64,000 nucleotides of DNA from Luteolibacter sp. (GTDB taxonomy: Bacteria > Verrucomicrobiota > Verrucomicrobiia > Verrucomicrobiales > Akkermansiaceae), in contig JBDSZP010000080.1 in NCBI GenBank assembly GCA_039925065.1, positions 2,582-66,581 of the forward strand. Direction: 5' to 3'. Position 1 is the stretch's first letter. Each line of letters starts with the position of its first letter. This document shows positions 8,809-17,827 of the stretch, one piece after another. The notes below the pieces were generated by a model. It was given only the letters and a program-made list of their open reading frames with translations, was not told where the DNA came from and did not search any database. A program made the position numbers and the translations under genes.

Positions 8809-9093
8809 TTAGATCGGGGGGCGCGACGACTCATACCACGGAGGCGGGTGGGCGGTAATCCACAGCCGGTATTGGCCATCGGGCTGTGCTCGCCGCATCA
8901 CCTTGTAGCCGTGAATGTAGGCGCTCTTGGACCAACGGATAACTTCCCCGCGGTTGGGGAGCAGCACAGTCTGGCCGACTTTCATTTTTTCGATGGTGTC
9001 GATCGGGAGATTTCTGGGCTGGATTCGCTGGCCGGTCCGGCCGGTTGGGAAGGGGACGTCTTCAATCTTGGGTGTCGGGTATTCTTCGTTCAT
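8809..9093 (-). CDS. small putative DNA-binding phage protein
   Basis: KIEDVPFP...EKMKVGQT...DGQYRLW pattern seen in small phage regulators. Confidence 0.6.
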   Translation of the reverse strand: MNEEYPTPKIEDVPFPTGRTGQRIQPRNLPIDTIEKMKVGQTVLLPNRGEVIRWSKSAYIHGYKVMRRAQPDGQYRLWITAHPPPWYESSRPPI

Positions 9094-9119
9094 GTGCAAC
9101 AGGGATAACACAACAGAAT

Positions 9120-9480
9120 TCGGGTGTCAAGGACCAAGAAGGTTCGAGGGGAACGGGGGTAAAGGGTCTAAAACGATCGAAACCAAACACCACTTGCGCC
9201 CGTAAGTGGTTGTCAGCCACCGGCTAACAAAGTTCAATTTGAACTTTCAAGAGGGGCTAGCGGGGGGGCAGATCGAAAAAAAAAGTCGAACTCCACTTTC
9301 GCTCGACCGTTGAGACCAAGGCATTTATATACTCTCTCTCTCTTTTAAGAGGAGTAAGTGGTATAGATGTCAGGAGACTGTGCTGCAGTTGGATGGGCCT
9401 CATGATTTGTAGGGAAGCTCTCTCCAAAAACGAACCCCACTCCACTTGGCTCATCCAACTGCTTCAGCACGAGCAACTTA
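9120..9480. promoter_or_regulatory. candidate replication origin
   Basis: Non-coding, downstream of the primase-helicase operon; perfect AAAGTTCAA-T-TTGAACTTT palindrome (9229-9247), G and A runs, TATATACTCTCTCTCTC, repeated TCGAA motifs. Confidence 0.4.
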
Positions 9481-9482
9481 TT

Positions 9483-9818
9483 TCAGTGGGGTTGGACCTG
9501 CTCGCCTGAGCCGCCGATTTTTACGGGAAGTCCGGAGGTCGTTTCCGTGCTCTCAGCGTCCGGATTGAGGGTTGCGTCGGGCAAAGAGGTCGGTCCGACG
9601 ACCGTCCCATTTTTGGGACGGGGGGCTACTTCGGGTTCAGCGATGCCCGCTTCTTTGGCCTTCTTACGTAATTCCCCGACCAACATGTCGTAGTCATGCT
9701 GGCGGATTTCTTGCCCTGGGGTGATCGGCATGTCTGCCGTGAATGAGGTGTTGCTGTCGCGAACCGTCAGAACTCCGACGGCGAACTCAGCCCGATACTG
9801 GCTTGGTAGGTTGATCAT
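9483..9818 (-). CDS. hypothetical protein
   Basis: 111-aa ORF overlapping the end of the primase-helicase gene. Confidence 0.6.
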   Translation of the reverse strand: MINLPSQYRAEFAVGVLTVRDSNTSFTADMPITPGQEIRQHDYDMLVGELRKKAKEAGIAEPEVAPRPKNGTVVGPTSLPDATLNPDAESTETTSGLPVKIGGSGEQVQPH

Positions 9819-11958
9819 GACCGCTACCGTTGGTCACGACCGGCGCCAAGTCAATCTCCCACTGAGTGCGTCCGTCGAGCAGTTTGCCTCTCCGGACCAT
9901 GGGGCTGAGGGCCGCAGCGGCCGCCAGCTTGCGTCCTACCATCTCTGGCGCGTTGACGTAGGGTTTGGTCAGTTCACGCAGGCTCTCGGTCCTCTGGAGC
10001 TCTTGGAGCAGCGCCGTAGTTGTCCCACGCCACACGTCGATCTCGGGCTTTGCCCGCCGGAACTCAACCGCGAAGAGATCGATCAGCTCGACGAAGACAG
10101 CGGATCGGGACATGGATCGTGAATCCTCCAGCAGAATGGGGTGGTGGTAGCTCTTGACTCCATACCGGCTGCTCGTCTTGAGCTCTTCCGGAACGACGTA
10201 GTCGTAGAGATATCTCGCAAAATAAGGAAGTTCTGCCCGGATGGTTGCCTCCAGCACGGAGTTGCTCGGAAAGACCGGTGAGTGCTCCGAAGTCTTGAAG
10301 AGCATGATCTTGTCGAGAATGCTCCCGTCCGTGTGGGGGATTTGCCGGATGCTCTCAGGGTCGTCGTTCAAACTGCAGATGATGCGACCCCGCCATTGAA
10401 CAGTCGTGCTGTCATGAAACTTGGCGTTGTAGGGGTGGTTGGTGTTGGCCACGCTCTTCTTGATCATGGCTGACCAGAGCTGGAGTTTGTTGTGGTCGGT
10501 AATGCTGAGTGCGTCGTCCACCGCCCAGACTGGCTTCTCAATCAACTCCTTATTCCATGCCGAGGACCCAAGGAGAAAGTCGGATGCGTCCGCCACCCCG
10601 CCCATGAGCTCCCCGATGATCACGCTGGAGAGGAGGGTCTTGCCCCGGCCGACTCCGCCAGCCAGAAAGATTGCCTGCCCTTGATCGAGGTAGCCATCGC
10701 AGGCGGATTTGTAGAACCGGTGCAGCCACGCGAGGAGATGCTGCAGGGACTCAGCTGGTTCGAGAAGATTGTCGAGGAAGTTTTGGATCCACGGGAATCC
10801 CACGCCCCAGGGACATGGCTGGTCGTGCGGCGGGATGACGCGGACCTGTGAAATGTTGAGCACGCGCTCGCCTTTGATCCGCGAGACCTCGTGTGGCGAG
10901 TAGAGGATGGGGATGGCTTTGTCGATTTTCTTGAGCTGCCGGATTTGCGTGAGTGCGTCGTCGGCTTCGGACAGTGCTCCGCGGGTGTTGGGGCAGCCGG
11001 AGAGTCCGAAGTTTTTCATGATGTCGTGTCGGGTATGGGAGTCGCCAGAGCAATCCCAGTCGCCGTGGTCAAGGTCGCGGTACCAATAATATTTCCCGTC
11101 GAAGTGATAGGCCGAGAGCGAGGCGCCGTATTTGTCTTGCTCGAACTTGCGCACGAACTCCGGACCGAAGATGTCGCCCCACGAGTAGAAGGGCTTGGGC
11201 TGGCTGAACGCGATCATGCCGGTCTCCGTCACGATGGCGGCGGTGGGGTTGACGGACTCGGGGTCCCAGAAGCAAATGCCCCGGCTTCCTCTTTCGAAGT
11301 TGCCGGTCCATCTCCCCGGGAAAACTTCGTGGATTTTGGAGAGGACGGCCTCCAGCGCGATCGGCTCGCTCGACTCGCCACGGTATTTCTTGCTCGTGTC
11401 GAAGGCGCGGCCGAGAAGAAAATTGAGTGAGTCTTCCGAGATCGTGTTCTTGCTGATCCTGAAAATGGGCTCGTGCCAGTGGTAGTATTGCTCGGGCCGG
11501 GTGATCTTGGGATCGAGACCGGGGAGGAGATTGTCTGCCCCCACTTCGTTCTTGAGCAGCTTGAGAAAAGATTCGGTCAGACCCGGGACGAGCCTGAAAG
11601 GTTTGTCGAAGAGCCATATGACCCTGCCCTTGCCGCTGTAGGATTGGTGGGCGTAGGCGGGGATGAACCCGGGCTTCGCCATTCTCTGGATGGCCTCGCG
11701 GATCTTGGCTTCGTCCATCGGCATGTCGTAGTCCGCGACCAGCGCCACCATTTCGTAGGCGGGGTTGGTCGTGCGGTTGACCCTAATATGGGGATTGAGG
11801 CCAACGAAGCCGCTGACGAAGGCGGCATTGGTCGCCTGATCGGTCGCCCACATTGTGTGCTTCTCTTTGTCGAGGCCGGTGGGAGCCTGCGGGGTCGGCT
11901 TCTCGGGATCGAACGGGTCGGCTTTGGTGGATGTAAGGTTAGGAATTGAGTAGAGCAT
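9787..11958 (-). CDS. primase-helicase (N-terminal primase/RepB-like, C-terminal DUF5906/D5-like NTPase)
   Basis: VADYD and SYSGKGRVIW primase-like motifs; Walker A AIFLAGGVGRGKT and Walker B WAVDD. Confidence 0.85.
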   Translation of the reverse strand: MLYSIPNLTSTKADPFDPEKPTPQAPTGLDKEKHTMWATDQATNAAFVSGFVGLNPHIRVNRTTNPAYEMVALVADYDMPMDEAKIREAIQRMAKPGFIPAYAHQSYSGKGRVIWLFDKPFRLVPGLTESFLKLLKNEVGADNLLPGLDPKITRPEQYYHWHEPIFRISKNTISEDSLNFLLGRAFDTSKKYRGESSEPIALEAVLSKIHEVFPGRWTGNFERGSRGICFWDPESVNPTAAIVTETGMIAFSQPKPFYSWGDIFGPEFVRKFEQDKYGASLSAYHFDGKYYWYRDLDHGDWDCSGDSHTRHDIMKNFGLSGCPNTRGALSEADDALTQIRQLKKIDKAIPILYSPHEVSRIKGERVLNISQVRVIPPHDQPCPWGVGFPWIQNFLDNLLEPAESLQHLLAWLHRFYKSACDGYLDQGQAIFLAGGVGRGKTLLSSVIIGELMGGVADASDFLLGSSAWNKELIEKPVWAVDDALSITDHNKLQLWSAMIKKSVANTNHPYNAKFHDSTTVQWRGRIICSLNDDPESIRQIPHTDGSILDKIMLFKTSEHSPVFPSNSVLEATIRAELPYFARYLYDYVVPEELKTSSRYGVKSYHHPILLEDSRSMSRSAVFVELIDLFAVEFRRAKPEIDVWRGTTTALLQELQRTESLRELTKPYVNAPEMVGRKLAAAAALSPMVRRGKLLDGRTQWEIDLAPVVTNGSGHDQPTKPVSG

Positions 11959-12154
11959 TGGGCCAGTCGGTCAGTGGGATTCTAATTTCGGTGCATGCTG
12001 GCCCGGTTTTCGGGTAGGGGTGGTTGACTCTTTGTGTGCCGAGCTCGTCGCGGAGTGCCGCGAGGACGAGATGGTCGGCGTGGGTTTCGGCCCGGAGCAC
12101 GAGGTTGCCCGGGTGGGCAGCGTATTGCGGAATGAAGTGGGCGGTGATTCTCAT
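11939..12154 (-). CDS. hypothetical protein
   Basis: MRITAHFIPQ start forms an ATGA overlap with the PolA C-half stop. Confidence 0.55.
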   Translation of the reverse strand: MRITAHFIPQYAAHPGNLVLRAETHADHLVLAALRDELGTQRVNHPYPKTGPACTEIRIPLTDWPNALLNS

Positions 12155-13065
12155 TTTGTATATCGTGGTGAACAGTGGCCTTCCGCAGAGATGGGACAGC
12201 CGGGCAGCCATGCCGGAGTCATGCTCATAATCTGGATCGCTTTGCCCAGTTGGCTAGTGTCTTCCAGACCCAGGATTACTTCGTCATGTACGTGGAAGAG
12301 AACCGGGGCGACCTGTTCTTCGAGTCGGCGGATGCACTCGCCGAAGACGTCGCGAGCGGTGGCTTGGATCAAATTTTCACAGAGCTTCCCGCCGTAAAAT
12401 TTTTCGAACTTGCCGCCGCGTTCGGTCTGCGCCTTCCATTGGCCCTCGATGGAGTTGATCCCGTAATACCACAGGCTTCTCCCGCTTGGCAGGCCCATCT
12501 CGTAGGTGCCGTCGACCACACTGGCCTTGAACCCGGCTTCGAGTTTGCGCCACAGGTTCAGAATTTTGACGTTGCGGTTCCGGAAGTCCATGACCTGCAG
12601 CCACGCGTTCACCCAAATCCTTTGCCCGAGCACATCGAGTTCGGCGAACTCGTCCAGTTTGCCATTCTGTCTCTTCGATCGGAGCAGGCTCTCAACGAAG
12701 GCATCTTTCTCTCGCGGGCCGACTGGATCCGCCAAGACTTCCTCCGGCATGATCCCGTAGGTGCGACACATGAAAATGAATTTCTCCCACCCGGCGCCGT
12801 AGCCGAGAGCCAGCACCCTTGCCTTGGCCAGCGAGTAGGCGCGAGGGTTCTCCTTCTTCAGCTTCCCTCCGGTCCAGTTCATGAAAAGCCGGGCGTGCGC
12901 CTCGTAGGGCGACATCGTCTTCACCAATTCGAGAAAGTCCCAGTCCCCACAGAGCCATGCAAGGCAGCGCGGTTCGATCTGGGATAAATCCACGATCCCG
13001 AGAACTCCCCCGTGGTGCGCCACAATGTGCGCCCTGACGTCAATCGTAAAATCTTCTTCGCTCAT
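12151..13065 (-). CDS. polA: DNA polymerase family A, C-terminal part (motifs A, B, C)
   Basis: IVDLSQIEPR (A), AKARVLALGYG (B), ENLIQATARD, FHVHDEV (C); ATG 13065 overlaps the TGA of the upstream half. Confidence 0.9.
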   Translation of the reverse strand: MSEEDFTIDVRAHIVAHHGGVLGIVDLSQIEPRCLAWLCGDWDFLELVKTMSPYEAHARLFMNWTGGKLKKENPRAYSLAKARVLALGYGAGWEKFIFMCRTYGIMPEEVLADPVGPREKDAFVESLLRSKRQNGKLDEFAELDVLGQRIWVNAWLQVMDFRNRNVKILNLWRKLEAGFKASVVDGTYEMGLPSGRSLWYYGINSIEGQWKAQTERGGKFEKFYGGKLCENLIQATARDVFGECIRRLEEQVAPVLFHVHDEVILGLEDTSQLGKAIQIMSMTPAWLPGCPISAEGHCSPRYTK

Positions 13066-14060
13066 TCCGTGAATCCGCTGTCCCCGTCGTAGACAAGGAC
13101 GTCTCTGTTTTGGTTTTGAAGGTTCAGTCCGGTGTCGCCCGCCCAGCGTCCGGTATGGCCGCCGTAATATTTGAAGTTGAAGGGGCAGGTGCCATCGGCA
13201 CGGGTGCGGTCTCTCATCTTGAGCAGCCTCGCCAGCGCCACGTTCGCGCGCCGCCAGTCCCGCATATGCCGGACCCATGGAATATCGCTGTGTTTGGCCT
13301 CCCAGATCGCGCATTCGGGGTCATCCTTGGCGGTGCTGGCCGGCGGGAGAATGCCCGCGTCCCGGCAGCACTTGTGGAAGGCGGGGAAGGAGAGCCCCTT
13401 GGCCCCGGAAGTGTAGAACGGCATGTTGGTCTGGGCGTACCACTTGGCCTGCTGAAGTTTGGCGATGCTTGTTTCGAGCATGGCCATGTCCGTCGGCACC
13501 CCGCGCCACCCCATCGAGATCGTGTGGCGGCTGTACCATTGCTCCATCTCCGGCCACTCGCCCGCGTATTTGTCCCAGATCGCGATGCAGGCGCGGGAAT
13601 CGAGGAGCGCGTATTCCATCAGGGCCTCGGCCTTGCCCCCCGCGACAGCCTCCTGCCATGTCCGGCCTTTCATCCACGACCGCATCCCTTTGTCCAGATC
13701 GAGTCCGAGCAATTGCTTCGCGGCCCCGCCGAGGTTGCGTGGTGCGTGGTTGTAGACAGAAAGGTTGGCGGTGCAGTTCCAATCGGACGGCCGCACGGCG
13801 TCGGGGATGACCCCGTCTTCGCGCAGCTTCTCCACCACCATGCCGTCGAAGGAATAGTTGTGGGCTACCCAGCGCGCGTCGGCGATGCGTGCCCAGTCGG
13901 CCGCCTTCGGAGATCCCACGTATTCGTAATCAGGCCCCACGATAGACACCATGTAGATCTCGCAGGCCGGATCGCGCAAATACGCGTAGGCCCCCGCGGT
14001 GGTGATGGAGACTTCTTTGTCGTAGTAGGTTTCAAAATCGATCGCGTAGGTGGCGGTCAT
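13062..14060 (-). CDS. polA: DNA polymerase family A, N-terminal part (3'-5' exonuclease, thumb)
   Basis: AIDFETYY (ExoI), VAHNYSFD (ExoII), EYALLDS (ExoIII), YYGGHTGRWAG..NLQN. Confidence 0.9.
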   Translation of the reverse strand: MTATYAIDFETYYDKEVSITTAGAYAYLRDPACEIYMVSIVGPDYEYVGSPKAADWARIADARWVAHNYSFDGMVVEKLREDGVIPDAVRPSDWNCTANLSVYNHAPRNLGGAAKQLLGLDLDKGMRSWMKGRTWQEAVAGGKAEALMEYALLDSRACIAIWDKYAGEWPEMEQWYSRHTISMGWRGVPTDMAMLETSIAKLQQAKWYAQTNMPFYTSGAKGLSFPAFHKCCRDAGILPPASTAKDDPECAIWEAKHSDIPWVRHMRDWRRANVALARLLKMRDRTRADGTCPFNFKYYGGHTGRWAGDTGLNLQNQNRDVLVYDGDSGFTE

Positions 14061-14515
14061 CTGTCTCCGTTTTGAAGCTTCAACAGACTCGCGTAGACCC
14101 AGAAGACCGGCCAGAATAGAATGCCCATTCCGACGGCGAAGAACTCACCGCCCGCCCAGCACGCGGCAATCGCTTGATTAAGACCCGCTGCTGCAGTCGG
14201 GACAGGGGTGGGACTTAACCGTGATGCTCCCGTCGGGGTGGAGAGCCGCGACTTGTTTTCGTCCCTTCCCCCGGCAGATGCAGCAGAAGGAGTTTCGCAA
14301 TTTTGTGATGCTCGCGCCGAGACGGTCCAAGGCCGTGGTAACGGCATCAACTGGCGGAAGGCCAGCACCAGAATTTTGTAGGAGGTCGGACATACTTTAC
14401 GAAAGTCCTCCAGGGCAAGAGTCGCCTGATTCAGGTTGAGATGTCGCAGTTCGTTTGCCAACTGGCAGGCTGTTGGGTTTGGTCCGTCGTCGTATGGCTC
14501 TTGTTTTTGTTTCAT
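14057..14515 (-). CDS. hypothetical protein with C-terminal TM helix (overlaps alternative ORFs)
   Basis: CAACCATGAAA start context; ATGA overlap with the polA start. Confidence 0.45.
   Translation of the reverse strand: MKQKQEPYDDGPNPTACQLANELRHLNLNQATLALEDFRKVCPTSYKILVLAFRQLMPLPRPWTVSARASQNCETPSAASAGGRDENKSRLSTPTGASRLSPTPVPTAAAGLNQAIAACWAGGEFFAVGMGILFWPVFWVYASLLKLQNGDR
14178..14393 (-). CDS. small CxxCxGxG/CxxC zinc-ribbon protein (nested alternative frame)
   Basis: CICRGKG...HPCPDC; starts 3 nt after the stop of 14397..14753. Confidence 0.45.
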   Translation of the reverse strand: MSDLLQNSGAGLPPVDAVTTALDRLGASITKLRNSFCCICRGKGRKQVAALHPDGSITVKSHPCPDCSSGS

Positions 14516-14753
14516 GGTTGAGTGTTTTCAATATGTGTTTTCGGGTTGTGATGGTTGATTTTGGAATGGTGATGGCGGCGTTGAAGTCGTTGCCTTGAAT
14601 CGTCGATGCGATGGCGACATGCGTGTCATCTTCAGAGACAAGGAAGCCGACTGTCGTGCAGAGAACCGGGCCGAGGCTCACTTCGTCTCGTGCGGTCCAA
14701 CCGCTGGAGACGTAGGAGTCGTGCCACTGGATAAATTCGATTGGGTTTTTCAT
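14397..14753 (-). CDS. conserved hypothetical phage protein
   Basis: IQWHDS..SSGW...CTTVGFLV.E...IP pattern widespread in phages. Confidence 0.7.
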   Translation of the reverse strand: MKNPIEFIQWHDSYVSSGWTARDEVSLGPVLCTTVGFLVSEDDTHVAIASTIQGNDFNAAITIPKSTITTRKHILKTLNHETKTRAIRRRTKPNSLPVGKRTATSQPESGDSCPGGLS

Positions 14754-14917
14754 GGTTGATTGATTGCATCTTTGAGCCGCTCGATCGCGACCCAGCTGTC
14801 GCCCGCGACGAGGCCGGCGGTCCCATCGTTGCGATCGTAGATTTCGATCACGTTAAAGAATTGCCGGAGCAGCCAGCCGAGTAATTCCAGACGAAGCGCG
14901 AGCCAGAAGTTTTTCAT
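14750..14917 (-). CDS. small hypothetical protein
   Basis: 55 aa MKNFWLALRLELLGW..., not in the track; ATGA overlap with the next gene. Confidence 0.55.
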   Translation of the reverse strand: MKNFWLALRLELLGWLLRQFFNVIEIYDRNDGTAGLVAGDSWVAIERLKDAINQP

Positions 14918-14995
14918 TTGTTAAGCGCCCTCAGCTTGAGGATCAGATTTGCTCTTTTTTGAGTCACAAAGCGATTTGTGTTTCATAGATTACCC

Positions 14996-15469
14996 TCAAG
15001 GGCGCGCACCTGACCTCATCAGGTTGTCAATGGTGTCGAGGTCGAAGTTGAGCGCATCTTTGCCGCGGGGGTAGCAGGCTTGTGTGTCTTCCCTGCAGAG
15101 ATGGGGGTTGGGCAGGTCGGCCAGTTCGGCCGGGAGCAACCCGCGCCGGACGCGCTCGGCTGTCTCGATCGCGCAGAGGATGTTCCAAGCCGCGGCTGAC
15201 AAGTGCGGTTCGTCGGTCTGGTTGTCGAGATGCTTGAAAATATGGCGAAGGGCGGAGTTTAGATACCTACTTGTCGGTTGCCCCTTCTCCCAGTTCCTCT
15301 CAGCATACGCGCGGGCGCCTGCTTCGAAGTGCTTGGCCACTTCTGAGATGGCAAAAGCTGGGAGCAGATCGAATCGCCCGCGGCCTTCTTGAGAGTCTCT
15401 CACGCTCCCCGTGGCGAACTTCTGTTGGCTGCCACTATTTGGCAGGTCGTATGTTTTGGATTCGTTCAT
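14996..15469 (-). CDS. DUF5664 dATP/dGTP diphosphohydrolase-domain protein
   Basis: FATGSVRD..EGRGRFDLLP...GARAYAERNWEKG...SALRH...DEPHLSAAAWN. Confidence 0.85.
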   Translation of the reverse strand: MNESKTYDLPNSGSQQKFATGSVRDSQEGRGRFDLLPAFAISEVAKHFEAGARAYAERNWEKGQPTSRYLNSALRHIFKHLDNQTDEPHLSAAAWNILCAIETAERVRRGLLPAELADLPNPHLCREDTQACYPRGKDALNFDLDTIDNLMRSGARP

Positions 15470-15572
15470 GGTAAGAAGGCCCGCTGGCGAGTGTTTAACG
15501 CGGGGGAAACAGAGAAACCCCGATCGGAACTCTCTTCCGACATTATTCTCGCCAGCGGGTTGTTGTTCTTTC

Positions 15573-16283
15573 TTAGGTCAGTAAAGCCTTGACTTGGTTG
15601 AGAAGGTTCTCGGAGACCTCGTCCTTTGTCAAACGGACGTTGGGCAAATACCAACTGCCTTTCGCATTCGACTGGATGGAAGAGGTGACCTCATAAAACT
15701 TCGTGGGCGCACCCTTTGGGCGGTTGACGAAGTCGGTGACGAACTGTTTCGCGGCCGACGTGTAGGCTGTCCCGGCGATGAACCAGAGGACGAGGGCGTG
15801 GAACTTGCCGTCGTCCTGGTAGATGAAGTAGGGGAGCTCCCTCTCTGAGCGCACCAACGCGAGCACACGGGCCGCGTTCTGGAAGGGAATATCGGGTGAT
15901 CCGTATTCCACACTGCCGCCGAATTCCCGGACGTCCCGGATGTTCTTGAAGACGGCGGGCCGTTCGGTCGAGCCTTCCGGCATCTTCTGCCAATACTCTT
16001 TGGTCATGGCGAGAGGTGAGACCAGCACGGGAGTTTCGCCATCCCCGACCACGAGGGTTTTGTTCAGCACGAAGGAACCTGCCGGCACGGTCTTGGAGAC
16101 CAGCTTCGAGGTTTTGCCCACGAGTTGAAACTTCGGGTGTTGGAGATCGGACATGTCGAAATCCCCTTCGAGCCCCTCATGCTGGGGCAGGGATTTCGGG
16201 AGGGACAAATCACGCGGCGCGGTGGCCACGAGCTGTCCGTTTTCTGTCTCTGCGTTTTCGGTTGTATCGAATACTTGCTTCAT
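15573..16283 (-). CDS. putative single-stranded DNA-binding protein
   Basis: Position between DUF2800 and polA; DFDMSDLQHPKFQLV and SNAKGSWY motifs. Confidence 0.55.
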   Translation of the reverse strand: MKQVFDTTENAETENGQLVATAPRDLSLPKSLPQHEGLEGDFDMSDLQHPKFQLVGKTSKLVSKTVPAGSFVLNKTLVVGDGETPVLVSPLAMTKEYWQKMPEGSTERPAVFKNIRDVREFGGSVEYGSPDIPFQNAARVLALVRSERELPYFIYQDDGKFHALVLWFIAGTAYTSAAKQFVTDFVNRPKGAPTKFYEVTSSIQSNAKGSWYLPNVRLTKDEVSENLLNQVKALLT

Positions 16284-16310
16284 ATGTTGTTGAACGTATC
16301 TTGGTTATGG

Positions 16311-17450
16311 TTACTGTAGTTGTCTGCTAAAAAGCTGTTTCTCTTTCGAGATTTTTATCTTGCCGAGGTAGGAGGTTTCCCCAGCAAGTTTCAGTGCGTC
16401 AGCATCGATCAAAGCGTCTTCGAGTTCAAGCTTTGCTTTTGCTTTTTTTCCGCGGGGAAATTTCTCGGCGACCATGTCATCCAACTTTGTCGCTGAAATC
16501 GTGCAGCACTTGGCGAGGTCTTCGAGTGTGAGGCTGTGCCCGGTCAATCGCTGGGCCACTTCAAACGCGGCCTTTGGCAGCGTGATCGTGCGATCCCCTT
16601 TGCGGTGGCGCAGTTCGTATCCCGGGATTTCATTCCCGTCGAGACGATACTGAAGGTTGTGCTTCTGGACGGAGGCGCACCATGCCGTCATAATTTTCCG
16701 CAGCTGTTCCGCCTTGGCCCGCAGTTCGGGTGTGGCCAGCTGGCCGGGGTGAAACAGGTCGGGCAGTTCGTTGTCGTGGGCCAGATCGTAAGCGTGCCCG
16801 ATGGCGAGGGCCTTGTGGGTGATGGCGGGGCAGACCCCAAGGTTTCCGCACCACGCGCAGTTGTCCTCCTGCGGCCGGAGCATCGCGGTATCCTGACTCT
16901 CGGCGAACGCCCAGACGCGGGCTCGGACTGATTTCAGCTGGAGAAGGAGCGAGGCGTATTGGCTGCGGGCGAAAGTGGCGGAGGAGAGCATATCGCAGCG
17001 CGGCTGGGCGAAGAGGACTTCAATCTCGTCGACATCCGAGAATGCCTCGAAGACGCCCACAACGTAGCAAATACCCTGCATGTTGACTTCGGCGTCGGCT
17101 ACTTCTCTCCGTCCGAACTTCGCGTCCGCCACCAAAGCTTTCTTCCCGGAGACGGCCAGAAGATCGATAATGCCCCGGCTGAAATCCTGGATGTGGGTCC
17201 AGTGCTCTCGGAAAATTTCCGGCTTGCCGCCGAGACGTCGGACTGCATGATGAATGGCGGATCGAACCTTCGTCACGCAGCCCTGCTGCTCACTGTTCAG
17301 GCCGGCAAGGTTCCCGGTTTCAAGGGCGGTGTGGAGCATTTTGCCTTCGTCGGCCGCGCCCGTGTTCGTTTCGTTTTTCTCACTGATCCATCCCGGGCAG
17401 ATTTCAAGGCTTTCGAGCGACGACGGGCTAAACTTTGTTGATGTATCCAT
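16311..17450 (-). CDS. DUF2800 Cas4-like PD-(D/E)XK exonuclease
   Basis: FSPSS..CPG..AADEGKMLH, GIID, DAKFG, QPR, CAWC..CP. Confidence 0.85.
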   Translation of the reverse strand: MDTSTKFSPSSLESLEICPGWISEKNETNTGAADEGKMLHTALETGNLAGLNSEQQGCVTKVRSAIHHAVRRLGGKPEIFREHWTHIQDFSRGIIDLLAVSGKKALVADAKFGRREVADAEVNMQGICYVVGVFEAFSDVDEIEVLFAQPRCDMLSSATFARSQYASLLLQLKSVRARVWAFAESQDTAMLRPQEDNCAWCGNLGVCPAITHKALAIGHAYDLAHDNELPDLFHPGQLATPELRAKAEQLRKIMTAWCASVQKHNLQYRLDGNEIPGYELRHRKGDRTITLPKAAFEVAQRLTGHSLTLEDLAKCCTISATKLDDMVAEKFPRGKKAKAKLELEDALIDADALKLAGETSYLGKIKISKEKQLFSRQLQ

Positions 17451-17827
17451 TTGTTTTTTAGTGCGAGTTGTTGGGCGCGGTAGCGGCGAGCGATTGGGAG
17501 TTGGGTTTCTGCAATGAGTTCGGTTGCGACGGCGAGGACTTCTGTAAACTCCTCGTGGGTCATGAAAAAGCGGTAGGCTCCGGTGCTCTTCGACGTGTCC
17601 ATGCTGGGCTCGAAGCGGGTGTGCTGCCGGACGGCGGCGTATTCAATCGCCTCGTGGATCAGGGTGCTCAAGACAAGAGGCCATGACGGGCCATCGAGCC
17701 CAATCACCATCTGCCCAAGGTCATTGCGTCCGTCGGGCAGATAGAAAAGTCCTCCGTCACGATCTGTATCCGTGTAGACCTCGATGACTTCATAACCAAT
17801 GACGTATTTTCCGAGAAGTTTTTTCAT
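17297..17827 (-). CDS. hypothetical protein with HExxE (metallopeptidase-like) motif
   Basis: STLIHEAIEY...THEEFTE; ATGA overlap with the helicase; 3' end overlaps DUF2800. Confidence 0.55.
   Translation of the reverse strand: MKKLLGKYVIGYEVIEVYTDTDRDGGLFYLPDGRNDLGQMVIGLDGPSWPLVLSTLIHEAIEYAAVRQHTRFEPSMDTSKSTGAYRFFMTHEEFTEVLAVATELIAETQLPIARRYRAQQLALKNKWIHQQSLARRRSKALKSARDGSVRKTKRTRARPTKAKCSTPPLKPGTLPA

Noticed and set aside
12151-13314. 83-aa N-terminal extension of the PolA C-half, and a programmed -1 frameshift
   Set aside because: The extension is an out-of-frame read of the N-half. No X XXY YYZ slippery site was found near the junction; ATG 13065 is the better start.
14996-15469. DUF5664 as evidence of a Z-base or other modified-base genome
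   Set aside because: No PurZ, DatZ or other base-modification genes were recognised in the window; DUF5664 is common on its own.
16311-17450. Cas4 as part of a CRISPR adaptation module
   Set aside because: Context (SSB-like, PolA, SNF2) is the standard DUF2800 phage replication module.
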